A DNA stretch of 64,000 nucleotides from an uncultured Anaerolineales bacterium (GTDB lineage: Bacteria; Chloroflexota; Anaerolineae; UBA1429), in NCBI GenBank assembly GCA_964407215.1, contig CAYOUT010000006.1, forward strand, positions 87,437-151,436. The letters are read 5' to 3'. Below the pieces are notes generated by a model that worked only from the letters and a program-made list of their open reading frames with translations, did no database searches and was not told the DNA's origin. The position numbers and the translations under genes are program-made. This document shows positions 19,153 to 28,626 of this stretch, piece after piece (within the stretch, counting starts at the first letter, position 1; each line of letters begins with the position of its first letter).

Positions 19153-20229
19153 TCAGCACACGCGCGCGATCTGTTGGACGGCGCGCTCGGCCTCGGCGGG
19201 GCCGGCGAAGCGCGGCAGAGAGAGCATCAACCCGTCGGGGCCCAGGGCGCGCGTGAGGGCGACGGCCTCTTCCACCGAGGAGCAGCCCACCAGCAGGCAA
19301 AAGCCCATCTCGCGAATGCGACGGAAGGCGTCGATCCAACGCACCGGTGAGCCCGCGCCGGGCTCGGGGTTCCACTGGATGCCGTGCAGCCCCCGCACCG
19401 TGCGCAACAGGTCGAGAAAGCGCAGCTGCGACGTGCCATCGAGGTGGTACAGTGCGTAATCCATCGCGTCGCACGTGCGCTGCAGGTCGGGCAGCACCAG
19501 CCACTGGTACATGGGCGGCGAGAGCATCACGCTGAAATCGCACTGCACGGCCTCAAAGCGCCCCTCGGCCATGGGCTGCAGCCAGGTGGACGTGTCGCCG
19601 TAACCCAGCCCCCGCAACATGCTGTAGAAATGCTCGTAGGCGGCGGTATAGATGTCGGTCAGCGCGGCGCTCCAGCGCAGCACATCGTCGGGGCGCTTCA
19701 CCACGTCGTAGCAGAGCTGCTCGGGCGTGCGAAAGCTCGATAGCGTGGTGAGACCGTCCAGCATGGACGGTGGATTGACATAACCTCTATCTCCCACCAC
19801 CGCGGCGCAGGCGCGCAGGCACGCCTCCACTTTGCCCACGAGGGGCGAGTGCGGATCGAACCGGGGGATGGGGCGCTCCCACAGGCGGGGGATGGGCTTG
19901 ATCCACGTCGAGTCGCTGTGGTAGCCGTACTCGCCGCCGGCAAAGGCGGCCACGGTCACGAGCAGTGTGCCCCAACGGAACCCCACACCGGGCATCGCCT
20001 CGGCCAGGTAGAGGTTGCAGCGCAGCGCTTCGTCGTGGTACCAGGCGTGCCAGGCGGGGTCGAGGTCGGTCTCCAACGAGGGCGCCGGCGCCCCGCGCCA
20101 GGGGATCGGCTCGGCGTCGCGGTTGGCAGCCACTATGTAGAGGGCCGGGCGCCCCAGGCTGGCACCGGCCCAGAAGGCGCGCAACCGCTCGCGCGCGTCG
20201 GCCTCGTTGGGTTTGCAGGTGAAGGGCAT
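19153..20229 (-). CDS. hypothetical protein, distant uroporphyrinogen-decarboxylase (URO-D/MtaA)-like fold
   Basis: Start MPFTCKPNEADARERLRAFWAG with GGAG upstream. The N-terminus (…ERL.A…DR.P.) and C-terminus (…HLDGTSQLRFLDLLRTVRGLHGIQWNPEP…) resemble the URO-D-like gene at 44915. The ORF track frame extends upstream without a start signal. Confidence 0.5.
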   Translation of the reverse strand: MPFTCKPNEADARERLRAFWAGASLGRPALYIVAANRDAEPIPWRGAPAPSLETDLDPAWHAWYHDEALRCNLYLAEAMPGVGFRWGTLLVTVAAFAGGEYGYHSDSTWIKPIPRLWERPIPRFDPHSPLVGKVEACLRACAAVVGDRGYVNPPSMLDGLTTLSSFRTPEQLCYDVVKRPDDVLRWSAALTDIYTAAYEHFYSMLRGLGYGDTSTWLQPMAEGRFEAVQCDFSVMLSPPMYQWLVLPDLQRTCDAMDYALYHLDGTSQLRFLDLLRTVRGLHGIQWNPEPGAGSPVRWIDAFRRIREMGFCLLVGCSSVEEAVALTRALGPDGLMLSLPRFAGPAEAERAVQQIARVC

Positions 20230-20270
20230 AGCGGGCTCCGCCTCTCGGTGTGGGGTGATGTGTGGCGCGG

Positions 20271-21410
20271 CTACGGCCGAAAGGTCTCTACCACGCCAGC
20301 GTAGTGCCCCAGCTTGTCGGGGTCGAGCGCCAGGCCCAGGCCCGGCGTGCGCGGAATCTCCAGGTAGCCCTCGGCGTCCAGCTCGGGGGGATCCACCGAT
20401 AGGTCGTCCATATACGCGGAGGGAGTGAGGTACTCCACATACCGGGCATCGGGCATGGCGGCCGTCAGGTGGAGGTCGGCGTGGAGGCCCACCACGGTGT
20501 TCCAGCCGTGGGGCACCATCTCCACGTGGTGATCGTAGGCCATCCAGGCGATGCGGCGCGCCTCCGACAGGCCGCCCACCTTGGTGACGTCGGGCTGGAT
20601 GATATCCACCGCGTGCTGTTCGATCCAGGGGATGAACGACTGGCGCCGCGTCAGCACCTCGCCGCCGGAGATGGGCACCGGCGAGTTGGTGCGCAGTGCG
20701 GCATAGCCGTCGATATCGTCCGGGCGCAGCGGCTCCTCGAACCAGGTGATGTCGTAATCGTGCAGCATGTAGGCGGTATCCAGCGCCCATTTGAACTCGT
20801 GAGGCCAGAACTCGCCGCTGCCGCCGGCGTCCACCATCAACGCCACGTCCTCGCCCACGGCCAGGCGGGCGGTGCTCACCAGCGCCTCATCGCGGGTGCG
20901 GGTGCTGAGGCCAAAGTTTCCCCAGCCCAGCTTGATGGCGCGGTAGCCCGTGCTCACCAGCTCCTGCAGCGTATCGCGCAGGGCCTCCAGTGGCCACTCG
21001 AACAGGATCGACGCGTACGGCCGCACGCGCGTGCGGTAATAGCCGCCCAACAGGCGCGCCACCGGCTGCCCGCTGGCCTGCCCCAGCAAGTCCCAGAAGG
21101 CCATATCCAGCCCTGAGATAGTGTGCGTCACCGCGCCGCCGCGCCCCTGCCAGAAGGTGGCCTGGTGCAGCTTCTCCGAGACGCGCTCCGGCTCGATGGC
21201 CGACTCGCCCTCCAGGTGCGGCATCAACAGATGCAGCGAGGCGTTCACCAGCGCGGAGCTGGTGTAGCAGCTCCCCAAGCCCACTTGGCCGTCGTCGGCC
21301 ACCACTTGAATCAACGTGTGCAGGTTGTCCTCGGGCTGGGTCTCGCGCTCCCAGCCGTTCACCGGCGTCGAGCCCACTAGGGGGATGGTGCGTATCTCCT
21401 GGATTCTCAT
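20271..21410 (-). CDS. enolase-superfamily (mandelate racemase/muconate lactonizing enzyme family) sugar-acid dehydratase
   Basis: Start MRIQEIRTIPLVG with a GGAGGAA SD. MR/MLE pattern (…AIKLGWGNFG…, …MVDAGGS…, …WFEEPL…, …ISGGE…). Likely an L-rhamnonate, L-fuconate or galactonate dehydratase type. Confidence 0.85.
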   Translation of the reverse strand: MRIQEIRTIPLVGSTPVNGWERETQPEDNLHTLIQVVADDGQVGLGSCYTSSALVNASLHLLMPHLEGESAIEPERVSEKLHQATFWQGRGGAVTHTISGLDMAFWDLLGQASGQPVARLLGGYYRTRVRPYASILFEWPLEALRDTLQELVSTGYRAIKLGWGNFGLSTRTRDEALVSTARLAVGEDVALMVDAGGSGEFWPHEFKWALDTAYMLHDYDITWFEEPLRPDDIDGYAALRTNSPVPISGGEVLTRRQSFIPWIEQHAVDIIQPDVTKVGGLSEARRIAWMAYDHHVEMVPHGWNTVVGLHADLHLTAAMPDARYVEYLTPSAYMDDLSVDPPELDAEGYLEIPRTPGLGLALDPDKLGHYAGVVETFRP

Positions 21411-21442
21411 CGCTACTCGTTCCTCCGTTATGGCGCTGTGTG

Positions 21443-21471
21443 GAGCATAGCCCAGGGGGTGGTGGTTGTCA
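21443..21471 (-). promoter_or_regulatory. putative sigma70-type promoter (TTGACA-N17-TATGCT) for the enolase-family dehydratase
   Basis: Minus-strand reading: ggTTGACAaccaccaccccctgggcTATGCTcc, followed by the GGAGGAA SD and ATG. Confidence 0.4.
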
Positions 21472-21513
21472 ACCGAGCGTGCCGGCGGAAAGGGGCACGC
21501 GAACCCCCTCGCC

Positions 21514-21542
21514 TTGCCCTCGACACAGCTTTTCCTTATAAT
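21514..21542 (+). promoter_or_regulatory. putative sigma70-type promoter (TTGCCC-N17-TATAAT) for the inositol-monophosphatase-family gene
   Basis: ccTTGCCCtcgacacagcttttccTTATAATcg about 45 nt upstream of the 21586 ATG. Confidence 0.35.
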
Positions 21543-21585
21543 CGCGCCAGATGAGCCAGTGCGCAGACTGGAAAGGAGCGGTCGG

Positions 21586-22413
21586 ATGGATCTCATGCGC
21601 TTTACGTTAGAGTTGCGTACGGCGCTGTATCAATGCGGACAAGTGGCCACGGCGCTGCAGGGGACGGTGCGACGCGAGAACAAGCCGCCCGATTCGCCCG
21701 TCCAACAGAGCACCTCTGTCAGTGTGGTGGATCGCCTCTGCCAGGAGCTGATCCTGCTCAAGGCCTTCGAGATCGCCCCCGAGATGGAGATCTACAGCGA
21801 GGAGCTGTTCGCCTGCCCCCCGCACATCCTGGGCCTCTCTGTCGGCAACCGCCACCGCTACGCGTTGATTATCGATCCAGTGGACGGCACCGAGGACTAT
21901 CTCGACGGGCTCGACACCTACGCCCATGTGCTGGGCCTCCTTGATCAGGAGGCGGGCGCTATGGACATCGGCATGTTCTTTTTCCCCGCGTCGTGCCGGC
22001 TGTTCATCGGCATGCGGGGCCAGGGCGCCTACGAGGCTCAGGGCCTGTGGACGGTGCCGATGCCCATGACGCGCGTCGAGCCCGAGCGTACTGTGGGGGA
22101 TATCAAGCGCCTGACGCCGCAGGACTATGAGGTGTTTGCGCGGCACGGGTTCGAGCTGCTCCCCCAGGCCAGCCGGTCGGCGGCGTACGAGCTGATGCGC
22201 GTGGCCGAGGGCTCGTTGGGCGCGCTGGTGATGCGAGACTACCACGGGCACGACACCGCCATGGCCAGTGTGCTCATCGAAGCGCTGGGGGGCGCGATGC
22301 TGGGGCCCGACGGCAAGCCGGTGCGCTATGTGCGCGAGATGCCGCGTATGCCGCTGGTGGTCGCCTCGTTGCAGCCCGCCTGGGCGCGAGAGCTTGTGAA
22401 GGCCCTGAGCTAG
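21586..22413 (+). CDS. inositol monophosphatase family protein (IMPase/CysQ-like)
   Basis: Start MDLMRFTLEL with an AAAGGAG SD. Family motifs …IIDPVDGTEDYL… and …WDxAA-like region. Confidence 0.75.
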   Translation: MDLMRFTLELRTALYQCGQVATALQGTVRRENKPPDSPVQQSTSVSVVDRLCQELILLKAFEIAPEMEIYSEELFACPPHILGLSVGNRHRYALIIDPVDGTEDYLDGLDTYAHVLGLLDQEAGAMDIGMFFFPASCRLFIGMRGQGAYEAQGLWTVPMPMTRVEPERTVGDIKRLTPQDYEVFARHGFELLPQASRSAAYELMRVAEGSLGALVMRDYHGHDTAMASVLIEALGGAMLGPDGKPVRYVREMPRMPLVVASLQPAWARELVKALS

Positions 22414-22484
22414 GTGTGCGCCGCGCGCGTCAACATCGGCGGTTGCTGTGCTAACCGGACCCCCGCACGGGGCCGAGGAGCGCC

Positions 22485-23045
22485 ATGAGCCACCGCCTGG
22501 AGATCGTAGCGGCCGACATCACGGGGTTGCGCGTGGACGCCATCGTCAACGCGGCCAACCGCACGCTGCTGGGCGGCGGAGGCGTGGACGGCGCCATCCA
22601 TCGCGCAGCGGGCCCCGGCCTGCTGGCCGAGTGCCGCACCCTGGGCGGCTGTGAGACGGGCCAAGCGGTGATCACCGGCGGCTATCAGCTGCCGGCTCGC
22701 TATGTGATCCACACCGTGGGGCCCGTGTGGCGGGGCGGCGGGCACGGCGAGGCCGAGTTGCTGGCCGCGTGCTACCGCAACAGCTTGGCGTTGGCCGTGC
22801 AGCACGGCGTGCGCACCATCGCCTTCCCCGCCATCAGCACGGGGGTGTACGGCTACCCGGCGGAGCGCGCCGCCCGCATCGCTGTGGGGGCTGTGCGCGC
22901 GTTCCTCGCGGGCGACGATTCGCTCCGCAAGGTGATGCTGGTTTGCTACAACCCTGAGGCCTGCCGCGCCCTGCAACGGGTGCTGGGCGAGGCGCACCCA
23001 CCACCCACCGACGCACCATCCATCGGAGAAGCGACGGACAACTGA
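22485..23045 (+). CDS. macro-domain protein (O-acetyl-ADP-ribose deacetylase / ADP-ribose-binding, YmdB-like)
   Basis: …[27 protein letters not shown]…[13 protein letters not shown]…, the canonical macro-domain motifs. GAGGAG SD. The stop overlaps the next ATG (TGATG). Confidence 0.85.
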   Translation: MSHRLEIVAADITGLRVDAIVNAANRTLLGGGGVDGAIHRAAGPGLLAECRTLGGCETGQAVITGGYQLPARYVIHTVGPVWRGGGHGEAELLAACYRNSLALAVQHGVRTIAFPAISTGVYGYPAERAARIAVGAVRAFLAGDDSLRKVMLVCYNPEACRALQRVLGEAHPPPTDAPSIGEATDN

Positions 23046-25096
23046 TGCGTAACCGACGATACGGCCCGATCATCACCGGCGCAGTGGGTTTGTTGGCACT
23101 GGCTCTGCTGGGCGCGCTTGTGCTGCGCCAGCCCTTTTGCGCATCGCTGCCCTCGCTCGATGGGGCGCCCTGGTGCCAGCACCCCCCTGAGCGGGCGTCG
23201 GCCGAGCCCGACGCCGACTCCTGGCCGCGCTACGCCGATGCTGGCCTGGGCATCTCGTGGAGCTGCCCGCCCGGCTGGACGGCCTTTGCCCTGGCCGACG
23301 AGGCCCCGCGCCTGATCGTCTTTATGCCGCCCGATACGTGGGACGCACCCGGCATGCTCTTGTTCCTCAGCGCCTCCACGGATCCGGCCGATGTGCTGCG
23401 TTGGGACCCCAAGGCCGCCAACACGCACGTCGCGGGGCAGCTCGCCCTGCTGGAGCGCTTCCCCGGCGGCCAGAACCCGCCCATGCGGCGCGTCTCTTTT
23501 CGTGCCGACGACCGGCTCGTCAGCTTGGCGCTCTCTTATGGCGACGGCGTCGATAGCACCGTTTTCGAGCGGATTGTGGCCACCGTGTCTCCCACCGCGG
23601 AGCTGGGCGCCCACACCACTTTTGAGACGCTGGCCGATCTTTCCGCCGCCTGGGACCCCTGCTCGCCCGGCTGCAACATCAAGAGCTATGACCCCAGCTG
23701 GTGCAACCTGCTGGTGAGTGGCGCGGATTGGGGCGGTGTGCCGGTCTACTCGAACGGCACCTCGGTGAACAACATCTGTACCGACACCTACGGGCTCAAA
23801 TTCCAGTGCGTGGAGCTCGTCCAACGCTACTACTGGGAAAAGGTGGGGCACGATACGGGCACCGGCTCGCCGCGCTGGGGGATCGCCAGCGCCTACCAAG
23901 CGTGGAACACCCACCCGGCCAGCCTGGTGCCGTGCGCCAACGGCGGCGGCTCGACGCCGCAACACGGCGACATCCTGATCTGGAAGGGCGAGGGGGTTTA
24001 TTATCCGCACGGGCACGTGGCCGTGGTGTCGCACATCGAGGGTGGCCGCGTGTACTATGTGCAGCAGAACGTGTCGAGCGTCGGCGGCTGGGGCTCGCGA
24101 GAGTGGAAGGACGGCCGCATCCAGGATACGTACATCATCGGCTGGCTGCACCACCAGAGGGGCGACACCACGCCCCCCACGGGCGGCCTCACCAGCCCTC
24201 CAGAGGGCGTGTTGGTGCGGCAGAACAGGGTGTACATCGAGGGCTGGGCCAGCGACGCCGAGAGCGGCGTCAAAGAGGTGCGCCTCATGGCCCACTATGC
24301 GGGGGCGTGGCACCAGGTGGGCTCGCCCTGGAGCTCGACGACCTATGCGTTGGATTGGGACATGGCCGCGGCCGGCGTGCCGGACGGGCGCGTGCAGTTG
24401 GCGGTGGACATCCAGGATAACGCCGGCAACTGGGCCCGTTCGCCGGGCGGCCTGCGCACTTTTGTCAAGCTGACGCGCCCCACGCCCTACAAGGCGTATC
24501 TGCCCGTTTGCGCACAGGCCGGCAAGTGGGAGCTGCGCTGCCAAGAGCTGCTGCGCAACGGCGGCTACGAGGGGGGCGACGGTTGGGTGTTCGGCAGCAC
24601 GCCGCGCCCGGCGGCGTACACCACAAAGACTGTGCGCTCGGGCGGGCGGGCGCTGCGGGCGGGGATAGAGCCCGGCACGGCGAACGTCGAATCCTACTCC
24701 TCGGCGTACCAGGCCTTTCGCGTGCCCCGCGAGGCCGCCAGCGCCACGCTGCGCTTCTGGTGGTGGCGGCGCACGGAGGAAGCGCCGTTGGCCCAAGCCC
24801 AAGCCCTCTCGCTCGAGGCCGCCGCGCTGCCCGTGCTGGTGGACGGCTGGCCCGCGCTGCAGGTGGTGGCGCCCGATACGCAGCAGGCCCTGCTGCTGGA
24901 CGCCGACACTCGGGTCATCGTGGCCCGAATATCGGTCGACCGCGTCAACGACGGCGGCTGGGTGCAGCAGACCTACGACCTCATGCCGTACCGAGACCGC
25001 AACCTGCTGCTGTACCTGAACGCGTACAACGACGGGGCGGGCGGGCGCACCTGGATGTATGTGGACGATGTGAGCATCAGCTACTGTTTGCCATAA
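23045..25096 (+). CDS. membrane-anchored CHAP-domain protein (putative peptidoglycan amidase/peptidase) with C-terminal beta-sandwich domains
   Basis: N-terminal TM/signal (ITGAVGLLALALLGALVL). CHAP motifs (…CVELVQRYYW…Cys…, …HGDILIWKG…GHVAVV…His). Translationally coupled to the macro-domain gene. Confidence 0.7.
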   Translation: MRNRRYGPIITGAVGLLALALLGALVLRQPFCASLPSLDGAPWCQHPPERASAEPDADSWPRYADAGLGISWSCPPGWTAFALADEAPRLIVFMPPDTWDAPGMLLFLSASTDPADVLRWDPKAANTHVAGQLALLERFPGGQNPPMRRVSFRADDRLVSLALSYGDGVDSTVFERIVATVSPTAELGAHTTFETLADLSAAWDPCSPGCNIKSYDPSWCNLLVSGADWGGVPVYSNGTSVNNICTDTYGLKFQCVELVQRYYWEKVGHDTGTGSPRWGIASAYQAWNTHPASLVPCANGGGSTPQHGDILIWKGEGVYYPHGHVAVVSHIEGGRVYYVQQNVSSVGGWGSREWKDGRIQDTYIIGWLHHQRGDTTPPTGGLTSPPEGVLVRQNRVYIEGWASDAESGVKEVRLMAHYAGAWHQVGSPWSSTTYALDWDMAAAGVPDGRVQLAVDIQDNAGNWARSPGGLRTFVKLTRPTPYKAYLPVCAQAGKWELRCQELLRNGGYEGGDGWVFGSTPRPAAYTTKTVRSGGRALRAGIEPGTANVESYSSAYQAFRVPREAASATLRFWWWRRTEEAPLAQAQALSLEAAALPVLVDGWPALQVVAPDTQQALLLDADTRVIVARISVDRVNDGGWVQQTYDLMPYRDRNLLLYLNAYNDGAGGRTWMYVDDVSISYCLP

Positions 25097-25192
25097 GCTG
25101 AGAGCCATACGGACCGGCCGGGCCCCGCGCAAACGGCGCTCGGCCGCACTGCATCGCAAGGGCTGCCAACACGCGGCAGCCCGGGAGGTGCC

Positions 25193-25756
25193 ATGCGCAT
25201 GTTGAAACGTGTGCCCGTCCGCCGCCTCGCGCTGCCTTGGCTCTATCTGCTCTCGGCGGGGTACGTCTCCACCATGTGGCTCATAGACACCCGCCCGTAT
25301 ATCAACCTCAACGGCTACGAGCGCGCCCGCTTTGTAGACATGGTCTACGGCCGCACCTACAAGCCGTTCGTGTTGCGCGCCCTGCTGCCGCTGGTGATCC
25401 GCGGGCTGCGCGCGCTCATCCCCAACCACATCAACTACCCCATGCACGGGGTGATCTATGCCCGGTTCCCCGCACTCTACCGCGTTATGCTCTACCTGGG
25501 CTGGGAGCTGGAGTACCTCACCGAGTACGCGCTGGCGGCGCTGCTGCTGTACGCCTCGCTGCTCGGCACGATCTTGGCGCTGCGGGCCGTCTTGGCGCAT
25601 CTCGGTGGGCAGCTGCTCATCGGCGGCGCCGTGCTGGGCGCGCTCACCGCGGCCTTTCGTTGCCGGGCGCCGGCCGGCTGGGCGCCCTCTCGCAGGCTCG
25701 ACATGCTCGCGCGGGCTCGCTATCATGGCTCGCGAACCGCAACCCATTCTTTGTGA
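25193..25756 (+). CDS. hypothetical membrane protein
   Basis: GGGAGGTG SD and ATG. Aromatic-rich hydrophobic segments (…ALPWLYLLSAGYVSTMWLI…, …LLLYASLLGTILAL…). The two alternative frames over this region are R/A/P-rich junk, including the N-terminal extension of track ORF 25237..27489. Confidence 0.5.
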   Translation: MRMLKRVPVRRLALPWLYLLSAGYVSTMWLIDTRPYINLNGYERARFVDMVYGRTYKPFVLRALLPLVIRGLRALIPNHINYPMHGVIYARFPALYRVMLYLGWELEYLTEYALAALLLYASLLGTILALRAVLAHLGGQLLIGGAVLGALTAAFRCRAPAGWAPSRRLDMLARARYHGSRTATHSL

Positions 25757-25764
25757 GGTGCATC

Positions 25765-27489
25765 ATGAGAGAGATCCTCTGGCGAGATGGCAAGTTCGTG
25801 CGGCGGGACGGCTCAACGTTCGTGCCCTACGGCGGCGTGTTCGCCGAGGCGATCTTTGCCGATCGCTGCGGTATCACCATCCGCCCCGAGTGTCGCCGCC
25901 CCTGGGGCGCATCGAACCTGTTGCGCTTTGACGACGCCAACGACGACGAGCTGCTCAAATGGTTGCGCTATCTCAAGGCCGAGGGGATGAACTACATGCG
26001 CTACTTTTGCGCCTCCGCCCGGCGCATGGCCGGCGAGCCGCTGGACATCGGCGGCAAGCTCAACCCCAGCATCTGGCCCAAGCTGCTGCACTATATGGAC
26101 CTCGCCGCCCAGGAGGGGGTCTATTTCCACTTTGTGCTCTTTCCCGAGCCGCGCACCACGATCTATATGCAGCAGCGGCACCTGGAGGAGAACGCCCTGC
26201 AGTACTATACGCCCGACGAGATCGCCGCGCTGCCCGCCCATCGGCGGCGCTTTCTCGACCCCGCCCAGCCCCGCGTGGGCTATGACACCTACTTTGCCGA
26301 CGCCGACGTGTTGGCCTGCCATATAGACCTCCTGCGCGCCATGGCGCCCGATCTTGTAGACCACCCCGCGCTGCTGTGCGTAGAGCTCTACAACGAGCAG
26401 CAATGGGACAACGACCAGTTCCAGAAGGGGCGCTGCTTCCTGTGGGAGGTGCACGACCAGGAGGTGGCCTGGAGCGCCGAGCTGGTGCGCGCCGTCCACC
26501 GGGAGCTGCCCGGCGTGCCGGTGTGCTGCTCCTTCGCCGGCCTGGGCCTCGCGGCGCAAGACCCGCTCCTCTGGATCGATCGCATCCCCATGGACTTTTT
26601 CAGCCCGCACCTGTACCAGGGGCTGGCGGGGGTGCCGCTCAAGCTCGATTTCGCTGGCATCTCGGATGTGGCACTGAAATACTCGCAGCCCGAGCTGCCC
26701 ACCATGATCGGCGAGTTCGACCCCAGCGATTTCAAAGAGGGCGTGGGCAACGAGCGCCTCGTCGTGCGCGACGTGGCCTGGTTCTCGGTGTTGAACAACT
26801 GCCCCGGGTTCGGTATGTGGACCTCCCGCGGCTACGCCGAGTTCGACATCCCCCGCCGGGTGATGGAGAGCATCGATTTCGCCCACTTTCAGCCGAAAGC
26901 GCCGGCTGTGATGGTGAACATTGCGCCGCAGGTGGAGTATTTCCACAGCTTGGAGCACGGCGCCGGCCCCGATTGCCTGCTGCCCGCCGATTACTGGTGC
27001 CCCCACCGCCCCGAGGACCACGACCACATCTACTGCAAGAAATTCGCCAGCCGCGAGCTGGACGACCTCCACAACTGGGCGCACTTTGCGCTGGAGAACG
27101 GCGTCAACTATGCCTTTACGCGGCACCCCGAGCGCTACGAGCGCGTGTGGAACATCCGCGATTTCGGCGCCGACAGCCTGGCGCGCATGCCGCGGCCGTT
27201 CGTCCCGGCCGAGGGGGTGCAGCTCAAATACATGTCGTCCGCCGACGACCGCACCCACGTGGTGTACCTGCGCCAGTTCACCTACTATCGCGTAAAGGAG
27301 CACGCCGGCCGCATCAAGCGCGAGCCGGTGGAGGTGCGCGTGACGGTGGACCTGCCCGGCGGCGATTACGACGTGGAGGTGTGGAACCTGGACACGCGCC
27401 AGCGCACCGAGCGCACCTGCGGCGCCCGCGACGAGATCGCTCTGGGCACCACGGCGGACGATTTCGCCCTGGTGCTCCGCGCGAGGTAG
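25765..27489 (+). CDS. clan GH-A (GH5-like) glycoside hydrolase
   Basis: Start MREILWRDGKF with a GTGAGGTG SD. Acid/base …LLCVELYNEQ… and nucleophile …TMIGEFDPSD… motifs in the spacing expected for (beta/alpha)8 clan GH-A enzymes. Confidence 0.7.
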   Translation: MREILWRDGKFVRRDGSTFVPYGGVFAEAIFADRCGITIRPECRRPWGASNLLRFDDANDDELLKWLRYLKAEGMNYMRYFCASARRMAGEPLDIGGKLNPSIWPKLLHYMDLAAQEGVYFHFVLFPEPRTTIYMQQRHLEENALQYYTPDEIAALPAHRRRFLDPAQPRVGYDTYFADADVLACHIDLLRAMAPDLVDHPALLCVELYNEQQWDNDQFQKGRCFLWEVHDQEVAWSAELVRAVHRELPGVPVCCSFAGLGLAAQDPLLWIDRIPMDFFSPHLYQGLAGVPLKLDFAGISDVALKYSQPELPTMIGEFDPSDFKEGVGNERLVVRDVAWFSVLNNCPGFGMWTSRGYAEFDIPRRVMESIDFAHFQPKAPAVMVNIAPQVEYFHSLEHGAGPDCLLPADYWCPHRPEDHDHIYCKKFASRELDDLHNWAHFALENGVNYAFTRHPERYERVWNIRDFGADSLARMPRPFVPAEGVQLKYMSSADDRTHVVYLRQFTYYRVKEHAGRIKREPVEVRVTVDLPGGDYDVEVWNLDTRQRTERTCGARDEIALGTTADDFALVLRAR

Positions 27490-27614
27490 GCGCACACCGC
27501 AGCGCGGCGCGGCCAGTTTGTGCCCCGGCGAGCATCTGCTACACTTGTACGTACAACATCGGAGCGGGCCGGAGGAATGCCCCGCCCGCCGCCCTTTCGC
27601 ACAAGGAGCTCTCT

Positions 27615-28625
27615 ATGATCGACCTATCCGCATCCGGGGCCGCCGGCTCGTCCGCGTCGCCCCCCCTCCTGAGCATGTATCGCACCATGCTGCTCATCCG
27701 CCGTTTCGAAGAGCGCTGCAACGAACTCTACATGGAGGGCCGCATCCCCTCCACGTTGCACCTCTACATCGGCCAGGAGGCCGTGGCCACCGGCGTGTGC
27801 GCGCACCTGACGAACGACGACTATATCCTGAGCACGCATCGGCCCCACGGCCACGCGCTGGCCAAGGGGGTGGCGCCGCGCGACATCATGGCGGAGCTGT
27901 TCGCCAAGCGCACCGGCTGCTGCGGGGCCAAGGGCGGCTCGATGCACGTGGGCGACATGCGCGTGGGCGCGCTGCCCGCCATCGCCATCGTGGGCGCCAA
28001 CATCCCCATCGCCGCCGGGGTGGCGTTGGCGGCCAAGCGGTTGGGCACCGATCGCGTGTGCGCCTGCTTTTTCGGCGACGGCGCCGCCAACGAGGGCGCC
28101 TTTCACGAGGGGCTTAACATGGCGGCCATCTGGAAGCTGCCCGTGGTGTACGTGTGCGAGAACAACCTCTACGCCGCGTCCACCCCCTTTCGCACGGCGT
28201 TCGCCATCCAGCAGGTGGCCGATCGCGCCGCGGCCTACGGCATGCCCGGCGTGGTGGTGGACGGCTACGACGTGGCCGCCGTCTACGAGGCCGCCGGCGA
28301 GGCCATCGCCCGCGCGCGCCGCGGCGAGGGCCCCACGCTGCTCGAGTGTATGACCTACCGCCACTGCGGCCACTCGCGCAGCGACCCGCGCACCTACCGC
28401 ACCAAGGAGGAGGAGGCCGAGTGGAGGGCGCGCGACTCTATCGCGGTGCTGGGCCGGCAGCTGGTGGAGCTGGGCCTGGCCACCGAGGCGGATTTGGCGG
28501 CCCTGGAGGACGACGTGCAGGAGCGCCTGGCCGACGCGCTAGAGTACGCCGAATCGAGCCCCGAGCCCGAGCCGCACGAGCTGTGGGAGAACGTCTACGT
28601 CGAATCCGCGGCGGAGGAGAACTGA
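27615..28625 (+). CDS. pyruvate/2-oxoacid dehydrogenase E1 component alpha subunit (TPP-dependent)
   Basis: AAGGAG SD. E1-alpha motifs (…YIGQEAVATG…, TPP-binding …GDGAANEGAFHEGLNMAA…VCENNLYA…). Confidence 0.9.
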   Translation: MIDLSASGAAGSSASPPLLSMYRTMLLIRRFEERCNELYMEGRIPSTLHLYIGQEAVATGVCAHLTNDDYILSTHRPHGHALAKGVAPRDIMAELFAKRTGCCGAKGGSMHVGDMRVGALPAIAIVGANIPIAAGVALAAKRLGTDRVCACFFGDGAANEGAFHEGLNMAAIWKLPVVYVCENNLYAASTPFRTAFAIQQVADRAAAYGMPGVVVDGYDVAAVYEAAGEAIARARRGEGPTLLECMTYRHCGHSRSDPRTYRTKEEEAEWRARDSIAVLGRQLVELGLATEADLAALEDDVQERLADALEYAESSPEPEPHELWENVYVESAAEEN

Positions 28626-28626
28626 T

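Noticed and set aside
25237-25764. N-terminal 176-codon extension of the GH-A hydrolase ORF (track ORF 25237..27489)
   Set aside because: The extension is R/A/P-rich with no SD. A strong SD plus ATG at 25765 (MREILWRDG) begins the recognisable domain. A more protein-like membrane ORF occupies another frame (25193..25756).
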